From a virus (taxonomy: Duplodnaviria; Caudoviricetes): a DNA stretch of 40,443 bases. Where the stretch lies: the IMG/VR virus record IMGVR_UViG_3300006641_000060, positions 1 to 40,443 of that record. One strand, written 5' to 3'. Position 1 is the stretch's first letter. Every line of letters begins with the position of its first letter. The translations under genes and the position numbers were made by a program. Positions 28,701 through 37,939 of this stretch are shown piece by piece. A model generated the notes under the pieces. It had not been told where the DNA came from. It saw nothing but the letters and a program-made list of their open reading frames with translations, and did not search any database.

Positions 28701-31700
28701 AGATAATACATGTTTTCCATTTAAAGAATTGTTAATAATTACCAAAGTATTATTATTTTTTACGTTTTCATTGTCATTAATTATTTCTTTTTTTGTAACA
28801 GTATTTAAATCTAAGTTAATTGGATCTAACTTATAATAAAGATTTTGTGGCAATGAATTAGTAACTTTAAATTTTAGATACGAATCTGTACTGATGCCGA
28901 TAGATCCATTTTTAATTACTTCAAATTCATTTGATGTTGAAGATGAATAAAAAGGAATTTCACATTTTTCGTCAAAATAAAGATTAAAATCAAAAGCCGA
29001 ATAAGTTTCTGAATTTTTTGTAAATGATAAAGAAGAATGTGATAAATCAAACAAAACAGTTTGATTTTTTTCTATTAAAATTGGTGGATTTATTTTGGAA
29101 ATAGTTCCACTAGAAGCACTAGTGATATTAACAAATTTTAAATTTGTTGAGGTTGAATCTAGAATAAATTCACTCAATTTAATTGTATTATCGTCTATTA
29201 CAAAGACATAATAAATTTGATCATTAAGTAATCCTCCCGATGGGGAAGATGAAGTGTGAATTACTTTTTGTCCAGTAGTTAAATTGTGATTTTGAATTAA
29301 AATTGAATTTTCTAATATATTTACGTCTAATGAAGAGAAAGATCTTGGGTCCGTTACTAATCTTCGATTTAAATCATTATATCTAATATGTACAGTTGTA
29401 GTAAGACCAGAAATTATATTTAAATTAATTGAATTATAAACATTTAATCCGTGAGTAGACGCTGTAGAAACAGTAGCATAATTTTTATTGATATTTCCTT
29501 TTAGGACGTTGGGTGGTAAATATCTAAAATTATGATTTTCTCCAGTACCAATTCCAGTAAGATATACAGTATCTACTAAAATTGAACTATTGATTCCAAC
29601 ATATAATCCTGTTGACCCCAATCCAACTCTATATGTAGATATTCCAATTAAATCATCTGAAATTTTAGCAACATAAACACTTTCTCCCTCGTTAAGGAGA
29701 AAACTAGATACTCCATTCGTAGATATTGAAACCGCAGTTCCCCCATTAGAGTAATATTTGAGTTCATCTCCTGTTTTTAAATTATGATTGGGAATGTATA
29801 AAGATTTTGTTGGAATGAAAATTTCGGTTATGCCTGCACCGGGATTTGAAAAACTTAACGTTGTTCCAATTCCAACTCCATTAATTGTTCCAATACCTAG
29901 AGTTTCTTTGGGGTTAAAATAAAAATCTTTTGTGAGATCAAATTTATATTGTTGAGAATTGATTGGGGAAAAATTAACTGTTAATTTTCGGGGAATTTCA
30001 AAAAGAAGTGTAGATGCGGTATGTGAAATGCCTACGGTTCCTTCATACTCCCTTTGAACTTTTATTCTAGAAGATTTTGTGTCAATATTCAATACTTTTA
30101 TTTTTTCATTTTCAATTTGGAATATATCATTTTCAGTGATATATGGATAAGATAAGTCTCCATAAACGCTAAAATAAGTTATGATTCCAGTTGTTGATGA
30201 TGATTCTACATTTTCTGATAGTAAATATGTGTTTGAAGAAACGCCAACTGTAAAGAATGATTTTAAATTTGTTCCAATAACAGTTGAAAATCCACTTATA
30301 GAAATGACATCATTATCAGTTAGAAAATGTGGAATTGTTGTAAATCCAATAAATGTTGAATTTGATTTATATGGAATAAATTCAACATTTTGGATTGTGC
30401 TACTTGATATAATAATATCTTCAATTTTTTTTCCTAATATACTAGAAACTTTTGCTTGTGCTCCATATCCACTTGTATCAGAATCGTCAAATACTATAAT
30501 ATCATTTACCTTATAATTTGATCCGCCCGTGATTATTCCTACAGAGTCAACTTGACCATAACTAACTGAAGTAATAATCGTATCATTTTTATAATTTTTA
30601 TTTTCATTGGATATAAAATCATATCGAGAATTATTTTTCGATAAATTATATGGGGTTGTATTTCTAATTAATCCTATAGAATTTATATCAATATCATCTT
30701 GGTTTGAATATCTATCAAAATTGAATTCTATTGGTTTAGATCTAAAATAGTTCCCAATGAAGTATGGAAATTCTGGTTTTCTGTATCTATTAAACTTTGA
30801 AGACGTATCATCTTCTAACCCATCTGGATTTATAGTTGTAAAATACACGTAAGTTCCTTTCGGAAATTCTGGAGTAACACAAAATCTTCCATTATATTCA
30901 TCCAAATCTCCGTTTCTTTGGTATTCATAATCTTCTACAAATATTCCCTCTGGATACATTGAAGTATCTGGTCTATTTTGGTTGGAAGAAATATTAGATT
31001 TTAGAGAATAACCAGATTTCATTAACTTTATGCTTCCACCACTCAATGATGAATACCCATATGGTCCATATATTGGATTTCCATCATATGCCCACCCAAT
31101 TATAGGTGAATGCGAATTTGATAAAACTTCTACCCCATTTTGCAGTTTTAGATCGGGAGTATATTGTAAATTTCCATCTACTATTTTTGAGGCAAAAACA
31201 GATTGTCGTAACTTTCTTGGAGAATATAAGTGGGAATACTGTAGACCATAATTACTATTTGTTCCTTGTGTAATTACTCCGTCATCATCTACTATTTGGT
31301 TATTTCGCAATAATCTTTCAAAAATATTGATTGTCCATTTTTTAGGAATTGATAAAAACTTTGCGTCAGATCCAGATGATATTACATTCAATTGAATATC
31401 TTTATCATTATATCCAATTCCACCATTAACTACTTTTACGTCTATAATTGATCCATTAGAAATAATGGGTACTAATATTGCTCCACTTCCGGTAGATGTT
31501 ACTATTTGAATATCTGGTTGCGAATTATATCCATTTCCAGAATTAAAAATTAAAACATCAGAAATTTTTCCTTGAGAAATAACTGCTTTAAGTATTGCTC
31601 CAGATCCACTATTCAAAGAGAAAGTTGGTTGTCTATTGTAGTTTAAAATCTCAGAAGATCCATAACCAATACCACCATCATTTACAAATATAGACTCAAT

Positions 31701-34700
31701 TTCTCCCCTAAAGATGGGTTTTAGAGTTGCATTAAAATCTTGCCCAGATAATGTAGAAACACCTATTTTTCCAGAAACAGAAACTTGTATTTCTGGGTAA
31801 TTAAAAGTATGATTTCCAGATCCAGATGATTTAAAACTTACATATTGATTATTTTTATAAAAATAATCAGAAACAGTTAATCCAGTACCAATTTTTGACA
31901 ATTTAAAGTTATTTTCATCAATTTTTGTGACGTAATAAGATTCTGTAGAAAGACCAGATATTGGAGATCCTTCTGGAGTATATGTAATTATTTCTCCACT
32001 CTGATATTTGTGATTTTTTATATTAATTGTATTTGACGCAGTATTAATTCCAGAAGAATTTGTAGTAATTTTTCTATTTTTATAACCTAATCCAGAATTA
32101 ATTACTGTTACTGAACTTATGACCTTTTTTTTGTTTAATGTTTCTATAGTATGATTACCAGATCCATAAGATGTTAAATCGATTGGGTTGTTGTTTCTTA
32201 CAGCATCACTATAACTTTTATAAAATTTCACAGTATATGCATCTTGAACAGAAAGATAATATGTAGAATTAGTTGATAATCCTCCTACAGAAGTTCTACT
32301 GTTTGTTTTATAAATGATATGTTCACCATCTCTAAACTTATGATAAGTTGAAAATGCAACAGTATTATTTGATAAATTAACTAATCCTGCACTTCCTAAT
32401 GCATTAAATTGAACTTGATGATTTATTGAAACAAGATTTGCCTTTGCTATTGCACCAATTCCATTTCCCCCAGAAATTGTGATAACAGGATCTTCAACAT
32501 AATCGAATCCCCCATCAATCACATCTATTCTACTTAATTTTCCCTCAACTTCACAATAGAATGAAGCACCTGTCCCAACAGGATCAGAAATAGATAAAAT
32601 TGGAGGATTTATAACGTCATATTCCTTTCCCTTTGAAATAACTTCTACTTTTTCAATGGAACCATAAGAAATGATATCAGAAGATTTGTAGTTTAATATT
32701 TCTACGCCATTCAATAAAATACCAGTAAGTCCTGGAGAAGTTTCATATTTTTTGCTGTCTGTAACTGGATTAGATATTTTTCTTATTAATTTTTGAGGCT
32801 CTAAATTTTTATTTGCAAAAGAATTGTATTCGAGTAATCCATTTACAATACTTCCAGATAAAGTTACATACTTATCAAAATAAATATTCGATCTACTTTG
32901 TGATAATTTTATATTATCTTTATCTACACGTTTTATAAAATAAATTCCCTCGTTAATATTTAACGTATTTGATGGATCTGATGATTTATAATATACGGAG
33001 TCGCCTGTGTAAAATCCATGATTTGGTATAAAAATATTTTCTCCATCAAATATCCCAGAAAAAGTAACAGATCTATTATTAATATTTAAAGATTGATTTA
33101 AATAACTTGGAATTGATGGAGAAGATACAAATAAAGATTTGTTGTCAGTGTAAACATTCTGTACATTTGTATTGTAAATATTTAATTCTGGATAATTACT
33201 AGAATTTACTTTCGATAAAATTTTCTTTATCGAATATTTTTTTTGAGTATCTATTTCTCCCTGGTCATTTATAATAAATGAATATTCATCGACAATTGAA
33301 ATTATCGTACAATTTTTTTCTATTCCGTCTGTCGATATTAATTTACATTTATCTCCTAAAACAAATCTATGCTTATCAAAAGTTTTTAACTCATATGAAA
33401 AATTTAAATTGTTTTTAATTTCTATTTCTTTGACATTAAAAGTTACTGGAATATTAAAGAACCAATTATTTGAAATATTATCACTCAATTCTGTTCCAAG
33501 GGATTTTATTTCTATAGAATCTCCTTCCTCATAATAAATTTGTCCTGGTTTATTTAAAATATCTAGTTCGGATAATACTCCACAAATTCTCACTTTAACA
33601 ACATTTGACGTAGATAAACCAGAGTATCCATAAGCATATGCATCTAATCTCAAATCTTGCGTAGATACAATATTTCTATCAATTCCAGAACATCCAAAAA
33701 ATTGATTTAAAGTTTTTGATTGATAATCAATTTTTGTTGAAGTGCCATCAGAATAATCTGCTACCAATGTTCCAGAAGTTGGAAATCCAACAGTAGAATC
33801 AACATCAAGAACTGTAGATCCAATAGAAACTGAAGTAATTAGTTTAGTTTGTGGGTGAACAGAAAATGTCCCAAAAACAGATCCATAAACATTAATATCT
33901 TTATCAAAGTCATAATCTAAACTTAAAACGTAGTATTCATTTCCGTTTCTCTGTATTCTTTGAACATTGGTTACTGACCCACTTGCTTTTTGTAGAAAAT
34001 CAGTTTGATCCTGGAAAATAGTTCTATTTAAAAGATCTTCTACATTACCTTCTAATTTTTCTACAACTAAATCTTTTGTTACTCTATACTGAGCATCCGA
34101 AGGAATGAACAAATAGTCTCTTGGTTTAATAACTTGAACATCTTCTCCATAAAGAGCTCTGAATAAAATTTCAAATGACTGATCAGTTCCCTTTGAAGAA
34201 TAAAAATCTTTTGCTTGTTTAGTAAAAAGTTTTTCATTTACTTCAGAATATAACTGCCTATCCTCAAATCCAGGAACAATTTGTCTTTTTATTTTTTTGA
34301 AAAATTCTTTTAAAAATAAAATACTTAAATTTTTTACCTTTGCTCCAGTTGAATGAGTTTCAATTTGAGATTCAGAAAAAACTAATTCATCTGGTTTATT
34401 ACTACTTTTATAAGAGGTTACTCCACTAAAACCTCTAACACATCCTGTAAAAGAATTTGTAGTAATTCCAGTATACGTAATAATTTCAGAATCTATTAAA
34501 ATTAATCCATACTTACTTGGAAACCCAGATGTTGATGATACTAATATAGTATCATCAACAAAATTAACATCTTGTGTTAATGTAGTAGAATCTATAAGAT
34601 TCGTCAAATTATCAACTTTTACATATTGATCTATATTTTGAATAATATCTAATGTTGATCCTTGTCCTTCGATTGACAAATAATATTGAGATAAAAATTC

Positions 34701-34784
34701 ATTGACAAGAGGAAATTCCTCTCTTACAAAATTTGGTAATTGATTTTCAACAATTGAACTGATTTTAACTCTATTATTTGCCAT
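22776..34784 (-). CDS. gp7: Baseplate wedge initiator, 4002 aa, multi-domain
   Basis: Between gp6 and gp8; QLPNFVREEFP, KDFYSSKGT..SFEILFRALYG, LHDNDYYQYFSYSIRS...LNHTVGFKKF; many G.GY..P repeats. Confidence 0.9.
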   Translation of the reverse strand: MANNRVKISSIVENQLPNFVREEFPLVNEFLSQYYLSIEGQGSTLDIIQNIDQYVKVDNLTNLIDSTTLTQDVNFVDDTILVSSTSGFPSKYGLILIDSEIITYTGITTNSFTGCVRGFSGVTSYKSSNKPDELVFSESQIETHSTGAKVKNLSILFLKEFFKKIKRQIVPGFEDRQLYSEVNEKLFTKQAKDFYSSKGTDQSFEILFRALYGEDVQVIKPRDYLFIPSDAQYRVTKDLVVEKLEGNVEDLLNRTIFQDQTDFLQKASGSVTNVQRIQRNGNEYYVLSLDYDFDKDINVYGSVFGTFSVHPQTKLITSVSIGSTVLDVDSTVGFPTSGTLVADYSDGTSTKIDYQSKTLNQFFGCSGIDRNIVSTQDLRLDAYAYGYSGLSTSNVVKVRICGVLSELDILNKPGQIYYEEGDSIEIKSLGTELSDNISNNWFFNIPVTFNVKEIEIKNNLNFSYELKTFDKHRFVLGDKCKLISTDGIEKNCTIISIVDEYSFIINDQGEIDTQKKYSIKKILSKVNSSNYPELNIYNTNVQNVYTDNKSLFVSSPSIPSYLNQSLNINNRSVTFSGIFDGENIFIPNHGFYTGDSVYYKSSDPSNTLNINEGIYFIKRVDKDNIKLSQSRSNIYFDKYVTLSGSIVNGLLEYNSFANKNLEPQKLIRKISNPVTDSKKYETSPGLTGILLNGVEILNYKSSDIISYGSIEKVEVISKGKEYDVINPPILSISDPVGTGASFYCEVEGKLSRIDVIDGGFDYVEDPVITISGGNGIGAIAKANLVSINHQVQFNALGSAGLVNLSNNTVAFSTYHKFRDGEHIIYKTNSRTSVGGLSTNSTYYLSVQDAYTVKFYKSYSDAVRNNNPIDLTSYGSGNHTIETLNKKKVISSVTVINSGLGYKNRKITTNSSGINTASNTINIKNHKYQSGEIITYTPEGSPISGLSTESYYVTKIDENNFKLSKIGTGLTVSDYFYKNNQYVSFKSSGSGNHTFNYPEIQVSVSGKIGVSTLSGQDFNATLKPIFRGEIESIFVNDGGIGYGSSEILNYNRQPTFSLNSGSGAILKAVISQGKISDVLIFNSGNGYNSQPDIQIVTSTGSGAILVPIISNGSIIDVKVVNGGIGYNDKDIQLNVISSGSDAKFLSIPKKWTINIFERLLRNNQIVDDDGVITQGTNSNYGLQYSHLYSPRKLRQSVFASKIVDGNLQYTPDLKLQNGVEVLSNSHSPIIGWAYDGNPIYGPYGYSSLSGGSIKLMKSGYSLKSNISSNQNRPDTSMYPEGIFVEDYEYQRNGDLDEYNGRFCVTPEFPKGTYVYFTTINPDGLEDDTSSKFNRYRKPEFPYFIGNYFRSKPIEFNFDRYSNQDDIDINSIGLIRNTTPYNLSKNNSRYDFISNENKNYKNDTIITSVSYGQVDSVGIITGGSNYKVNDIIVFDDSDTSGYGAQAKVSSILGKKIEDIIISSSTIQNVEFIPYKSNSTFIGFTTIPHFLTDNDVISISGFSTVIGTNLKSFFTVGVSSNTYLLSENVESSSTTGIITYFSVYGDLSYPYITENDIFQIENEKIKVLNIDTKSSRIKVQREYEGTVGISHTASTLLFEIPRKLTVNFSPINSQQYKFDLTKDFYFNPKETLGIGTINGVGIGTTLSFSNPGAGITEIFIPTKSLYIPNHNLKTGDELKYYSNGGTAVSISTNGVSSFLLNEGESVYVAKISDDLIGISTYRVGLGSTGLYVGINSSILVDTVYLTGIGTGENHNFRYLPPNVLKGNINKNYATVSTASTHGLNVYNSINLNIISGLTTTVHIRYNDLNRRLVTDPRSFSSLDVNILENSILIQNHNLTTGQKVIHTSSSPSGGLLNDQIYYVFVIDDNTIKLSEFILDSTSTNLKFVNITSASSGTISKINPPILIEKNQTVLFDLSHSSLSFTKNSETYSAFDFNLYFDEKCEIPFYSSSTSNEFEVIKNGSIGISTDSYLKFKVTNSLPQNLYYKLDPINLDLNTVTKKEIINDNENVKNNNTLVIINNSLNGKHVLSGVGSTAFTFNIFDKPTESLYTPINTQIEYFTESETAYGSIYGVQLTSSGRGYKKLPAISSIISSDGKGAILLPRSLTIGKISNINLRDIGVDYSADKSLRPEAHAPKILKISPFSTFKNIGISSLGVNYLVPPNLIVLDGLTNERIFDIDLRCNFKTRNVDIFNNTQALNEVTPIIIPINNSNGISIGSSVQSINFNVSTKDVTISFGASFSSYEDFPFSVGDKVLIENVSVGVGTTFKGYNSSNYNYALFTLTQVDPNIGGTNGSITYNLSNYLKDGEYPGVYRPLDSSGKVIPEKYFPIFNISLEKNKFLKNEFVRSGSSIGRVNSWDYKNGYLKISSFDEFNVGDKILAETSGAEGLISGILYFNSYYNVDSSSIVKKGWNKNTGFLNDSMQRLHDNDYYQYFSYSIRSKVHYEDWSDPVNSLNHTVGFKKFSDLSVESLVSNSGITTNQNYGDFIGISDLISEIELDCVNDFDLSSERSLNIDYNIISDEIILESKTIQDYIESVGNRVLIIDDISSQFNSNERPTKFSIVDSFDLESDRSKKYFIHVKDKLFNNESQIVISSLLHDNSTGFINQYGRVETFDDLGFFDFVVTGTEGKLLFYPTNYEINDYDLNFVSYDIKNNVSGIGTLDLGDTARLYTQTQTIPAGTSSAYTVVGIASTYRSSKVLIQYANVDNSYFEFDEITLIHNDSEVQLLEYGQLTTNSFTASSTTGLGTYFAYFSGSNINLDFIPNNTLSVDCNVNSLIVSIAKTSSIGVGTTSLNTCIFDSRITNISSSASPTSNVISEYSSEYSSGYYIVSVEDTTNNRYQISEILSINDGSDTYITEFGILNDGTNLGEFDATLYSGNTRLLFTPIPNINVQVRVFQNALRPIDDTDLDIIDLSNASLSSGYGLYRGTQSDLKRDFELSHKQIPIFKRSFVGSASSVVDIQKNYIKLPNNFFVTGEELIYDYPQSKIGTDKAIGIATTSISGIGLTDKLPQKIYAIKVDDYKIRFASTVENALKNIPVPLQINSLGVGTDHTLTSKKQNSRVVISIDNLIQSPIVSTSVTTTISEKIGLSDRTIKVSGISSFFGGDLIKVNDEIMRVDSVGFGSTNVFLVKRSWMGTGISTHANSSLVTKVKGNYNIVDNTINFITAPYGNTPIGTTTGSPDDVDYIGITTSSSFSGRSFIRSSIPNTSIEPYSNNYVFDDISLEFTGYSTSFILKSNNANITGFSTDNAIILVNQVFQGPKRVGSSVNILGDCVLKENVGLTSIQFTGSISSTSYDINTTNVPLGGIIVSVASTTGFGYQPLVSAGGTAIVSGLGTISSISIGNSGSGYRSGIQTYVNVGVAVSSVGLYDIEYVGIASISNGHIVSVAITNPGSGYTSTNPPIVIFDDPLPYSNIPLIYSSSSSSGFGSGANVNVIVGLGSSIINFEITNLGYGYDVGEILTIGIGGTVGIPTNTSLSYNEFQLSIDETYSDSFSGWTFGNLLVIDPIDSLFDGKTTLFPITLDNQQKTIRAKSGSNINVEATLLVFINDILQVPGKGYIFNGGSYIRFTEAPKVGDTSKILFYQGTSSVDVVDVDVLETIKIGDIVKLNDDNIAYLEDERIVTRINSTDSLNTNTYFGPGINENETYLRPLTWCKQRNDKFIDGKAVTKDRILYEPLIYPTTNIIQSVGIGSTVIFVESVKTFFDSNKENSLLQNKIKIISQDTPISAAATAVVSVAGTISSIIISNSGIGYTVAPSISISEPVGLGSTQKATAIASITSGIVTSINVVYPGLGYTSTNPPQVLIEYPQISNYTENIPSVTYEGDFGTISGISTTSVGVASTGIVFDFVIPQNSFLRNSSIVGTSLTISGIQTGYYFVVLNSNVGNGVTSLNPDGSIVSIGNSFLDNVYRVASVSIAQTSAIGFGVTYVAKVTVSVQNYNGLSGIGYSSFFGEYSWGKINILLRPDPKEFNHYKNGLTGISTSPIVERVNPLKYLNYI

Positions 34785-34788
34785 ATTT

Positions 34789-36705
34789 TTATAATCTTGC
34801 TAGATTCCCGTTTGTGTAACTTGAAGTTATTGTATATGTTGTTCCCGAGGGATCAGAACCTGATGAAATTTCGTCAGATAACATATTTAACACAGTATTA
34901 TTAATATCTAGTTGTAAATATAAGTCTTGTAATCCAATGATATCATTTGATTTCGGAGAAGCTGAAATTTGTATAATCGGTTCTCCTTGAACATTTTTTT
35001 GCACTGATACTATATTTGTTGAATTTAAAAGTATTTCTCCCTTTTCATAATTTATAGATCCAACAGATCTTCTAACTACTACTGGTTGAGTATTTGAATC
35101 TAGTTTAAAAAAGAAAATTTCTCCAGTAGTTTGTGATGAATTTGGAATATCGGAAAGATATAAAATATCAGGAATGCCAAAAATTTTGAATCCAGATGAT
35201 TTAATATTATATCCATTTGTATTTTTAATATGAAATTTATTTCCGAAACAAATTTCATAATTTGCAATCTGATTTAATCTAGGACTTAAATCCCTTCTAA
35301 TCTGAATTTTAGTTATATTTGATGTTATTGATTCATGACTGTTATCTACTATGTTTTGAAATTTACTATATTTAAATCTTGCTCCATATTTGTTTAATTC
35401 TGTAGAGTTTGCATAATTTTTGATATTATCAAAAATTATATCTTTTAAGTAATCTGCACTTGGAGATAGATTTGTATTATAATAAGCTGTTGAATCTACT
35501 TCAATATAAAGATATTTAAGATCAAGTATTTCTGGGACTATTCCAGCAACACTATACTTTCTTAATTCATTTTTTAAATTATCTTTTATTGTATTAGATA
35601 GAAATTGACCATAAAAGGGTTTAATACTAATAAAAACTTTTCCGTACTGAGGTGGAACTAAATCTTCACCACCAAAAACAGAAACTGATTGAGTTTCTGG
35701 GTATATTTTTGGAATGATTGCTTCATAATCTGCTGCAGTTACTGCACGATTATATGAAGAATATATTCTTGGTGCATATTTTTTAATAGAATCAATTGAT
35801 TCTATTTCTTTTCCGTTTTGAGATGAAACATTTGTTGTAATTAAAGAAATTCCACGAGTGATGAGATTATTATTATTATCTACTATTCTTCCATCAAATG
35901 AAAATAAAGAAACTCCGTTACCATTCTCTCCATTAGTTACTATATAAGAGACTTCAATATAATTTTGACTTTGAAGTTTTTCACCAAAAACACCATCTCC
36001 AAAAATTAATTCATATCTTTGATCTTCAATTTCTTGTAAGAAAAATACCCTAGATGAAGAGGTAACTTCAAACAAATTATCTGACAAAATAAATTTTCTT
36101 GAAGATGTACTTGATTGAGTATTTCTTACTGTTACTGAGATTGTCGAAGTATCAATATTTGGATTATCTAAAATATATCTTTGTGGTGGAGATGGATTTT
36201 CTGACTGTACGGTGAAGTTTGATGTTATGAGAGATCCTTCGTAAATTTCTATATTATCAAAAAATGCTATTCCATTTACTACAGGAACTGTAATATCAGA
36301 TTTAACTGAAAATATATAATTATCAACCCCAAAATTTACAGTAGAACAAACTGTTCCCTTTTTAAGAGTTAGGGTAAGTATATTTTGTGTAGATAATGAT
36401 GATGTATCAACAAAAAACGATATATTTGCTCTTGAACTTGTCCTTGATCTTGGTACATATCCTATATTTCTTGCTAGAGAAACAACATTTTCTCTTAATG
36501 TTGCACTATCAATAAAAACCTCATTGCTAATCATGTTAGCATTATATGAGGAAATATAAGTATTATACGCTAAAACATCAATAAGAGTTGAAAGATTGGA
36601 TCCTTCAAAATCATAATCAGTAAAATTTGAGTTAGATCTAAGATAATCCCTAATAGAGGTTTTTATCTGATCAAAGTCTAAGTTTGTAAAGTTTACTAGT
36701 GCCAT
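34789..36705 (-). CDS. gp6: Baseplate wedge subunit
   Basis: LDFDQIK...FTDYDFEGSNLS.LIDVLAYNT, DSATLRENVVSLARNIGYVP, RAVTAADY, YGKVFISIKP. Confidence 0.97.
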   Translation of the reverse strand: MALVNFTNLDFDQIKTSIRDYLRSNSNFTDYDFEGSNLSTLIDVLAYNTYISSYNANMISNEVFIDSATLRENVVSLARNIGYVPRSRTSSRANISFFVDTSSLSTQNILTLTLKKGTVCSTVNFGVDNYIFSVKSDITVPVVNGIAFFDNIEIYEGSLITSNFTVQSENPSPPQRYILDNPNIDTSTISVTVRNTQSSTSSRKFILSDNLFEVTSSSRVFFLQEIEDQRYELIFGDGVFGEKLQSQNYIEVSYIVTNGENGNGVSLFSFDGRIVDNNNNLITRGISLITTNVSSQNGKEIESIDSIKKYAPRIYSSYNRAVTAADYEAIIPKIYPETQSVSVFGGEDLVPPQYGKVFISIKPFYGQFLSNTIKDNLKNELRKYSVAGIVPEILDLKYLYIEVDSTAYYNTNLSPSADYLKDIIFDNIKNYANSTELNKYGARFKYSKFQNIVDNSHESITSNITKIQIRRDLSPRLNQIANYEICFGNKFHIKNTNGYNIKSSGFKIFGIPDILYLSDIPNSSQTTGEIFFFKLDSNTQPVVVRRSVGSINYEKGEILLNSTNIVSVQKNVQGEPIIQISASPKSNDIIGLQDLYLQLDINNTVLNMLSDEISSGSDPSGTTYTITSSYTNGNLARL

Positions 36706-37106
36706 TATCGGGTTGGCTGTAGTGCGAATGATAATTGTTGAGGAAGTACATCAATTCCAATAATATAATATTTCAATGTAACATTGAAATTATTGTTATC
36801 ATAATCTGGATCTACAATCACATCAATAATATCAACTCTTGGTTCATAATTTCTAATTGTATTTTCTATTTCATCCTTTATAACGGACGCTGAAATTGAG
36901 TCAATATTCTCAAAGAGAGAACGACTTACTTTTGAACCAAGATTTTGATTAAAAAAACGTTCTCCGGGATAAGTAAGAACTAAATTGCGAATAGAACGAG
37001 CAATTGCATTCTCATTTTTGAGTGCAATAAGGTCATAATTTATTGGATTTACTTGGAATGACATACTTAGGTCTTTAAAACCCTTACTTACCCGTTCTAC
37101 AGGCAT
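36705..37106 (-). CDS. gp25: Baseplate wedge subunit / sheath initiator
   Basis: AIARSIRNLVLT.PGERFF...GS.V...LFE and I.NYEPRV; TAATG coupling to gp6. Confidence 0.95.
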   Translation of the reverse strand: MPVERVSKGFKDLSMSFQVNPINYDLIALKNENAIARSIRNLVLTYPGERFFNQNLGSKVSRSLFENIDSISASVIKDEIENTIRNYEPRVDIIDVIVDPDYDNNNFNVTLKYYIIGIDVLPQQLSFALQPTR

Positions 37107-37134
37107 AAAAGTATAAAAATTAATAATTATATCT

Positions 37135-37142
37135 TATTTATT
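37135..37142 (-). promoter_or_regulatory. Late promoter AATAAATA
   Basis: Intergenic, about 30 nt upstream of gp25. Confidence 0.65.
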
Positions 37143-37144
37143 CA

Positions 37145-37396
37145 CTATTTTTGGGCTTCGTAAAGTGGTTCAGTGCCATATTCCCAATCATCATAATCGT
37201 CATCATTACGAATTTTTGAGTGAATCTCATTTTGAACCATAAAATCATGCTTTTTGGGAGTCAAATCATCATTTGAGATCTCACGTAACATTTTCTGTGA
37301 GTTAATATTTGATTCCCAACCGTATTCACCTGACAAATACTGAGTTCCCCAGTTTTCTTTCATAAATTTTTCATCCTTATCGACTTTTTTAGTCAT
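37145..37396 (-). CDS. Hypothetical protein (83 aa)
   Basis: AGGAG RBS, fits the operon, acidic/aromatic C-terminus DDDYDDWEYG. Confidence 0.8.
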   Translation of the reverse strand: MTKKVDKDEKFMKENWGTQYLSGEYGWESNINSQKMLREISNDDLTPKKHDFMVQNEIHSKIRNDDDYDDWEYGTEPLYEAQK

Positions 37397-37399
37397 TTT

Positions 37400-37448
37400 A
37401 GCTCCTGATTAGTGAAAATCAGAACTTTTTACGGGGTTGCTATCCCGT
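37400..37448 (-). promoter_or_regulatory. Two adjacent RNA hairpins, the second occluding an RBS
   Basis: ACGGG-ATAGCAAC-CCCGT, then TTCTGATT-TTCACT-AATCAGGA overlapping the AGGAG of the 83-aa ORF. Confidence 0.5.
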
Positions 37449-37900
37449 GTTTCTATTATATCATAGTCATCTTCAAGTATTTCCTTTAGATATTCATCGT
37501 CCCAAAGGTCATAATACTCTGTTTTTGCCAGTTTTTCTCTAAATTTACGTAATTTTTGTGTTGGTTGCGCTAAAATTAAGTTATATTTACCATTATTTGT
37601 TTGAATTCCCTGAATATATGTATTGTATGACCCACAATCTTCAAAAAATTTCCAGTCTTTATGTTTCTCATTGTAAAAATTGACCCAAAATTGAACAGTT
37701 TCGAGATTAAAGTAGTCTTCTACAATATAAATGATAACTTGATACCCTTCGATTGGATAAATCTCTTCCGCAGAGCACTCTACAATCTTATATTTTGCAT
37801 TTGAAGCAAAGGGACAGATTGCAAATCCCTTTAATTCTGGTCTCACTTTTGATACTTCTTTAATCCAGTTAAAAATATACTTTTCTTTTTCTGTTAACAT
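37409..37900 (-). CDS. Hypothetical protein (163 aa), CPFA motif reminiscent of DUF1415
   Basis: WIKEVS...FAICPFA near the N-terminus; family link is weak. Confidence 0.75.
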   Translation of the reverse strand: MLTEKEKYIFNWIKEVSKVRPELKGFAICPFASNAKYKIVECSAEEIYPIEGYQVIIYIVEDYFNLETVQFWVNFYNEKHKDWKFFEDCGSYNTYIQGIQTNNGKYNLILAQPTQKLRKFREKLAKTEYYDLWDDEYLKEILEDDYDIIETRDSNPVKSSDFH

Positions 37901-37934
37901 AAAAAAAGAGTGCTTATTTCTATTTAAGCACTCT
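37901..37934 (-). terminator. Rho-independent terminator
   Basis: Perfect 10-bp stem AGAGTGCTTA / TAAGCACTCT with 8-nt loop and T-run, just after the 47-aa ORF stop. Confidence 0.8.
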
Positions 37935-37939
37935 ATAAA

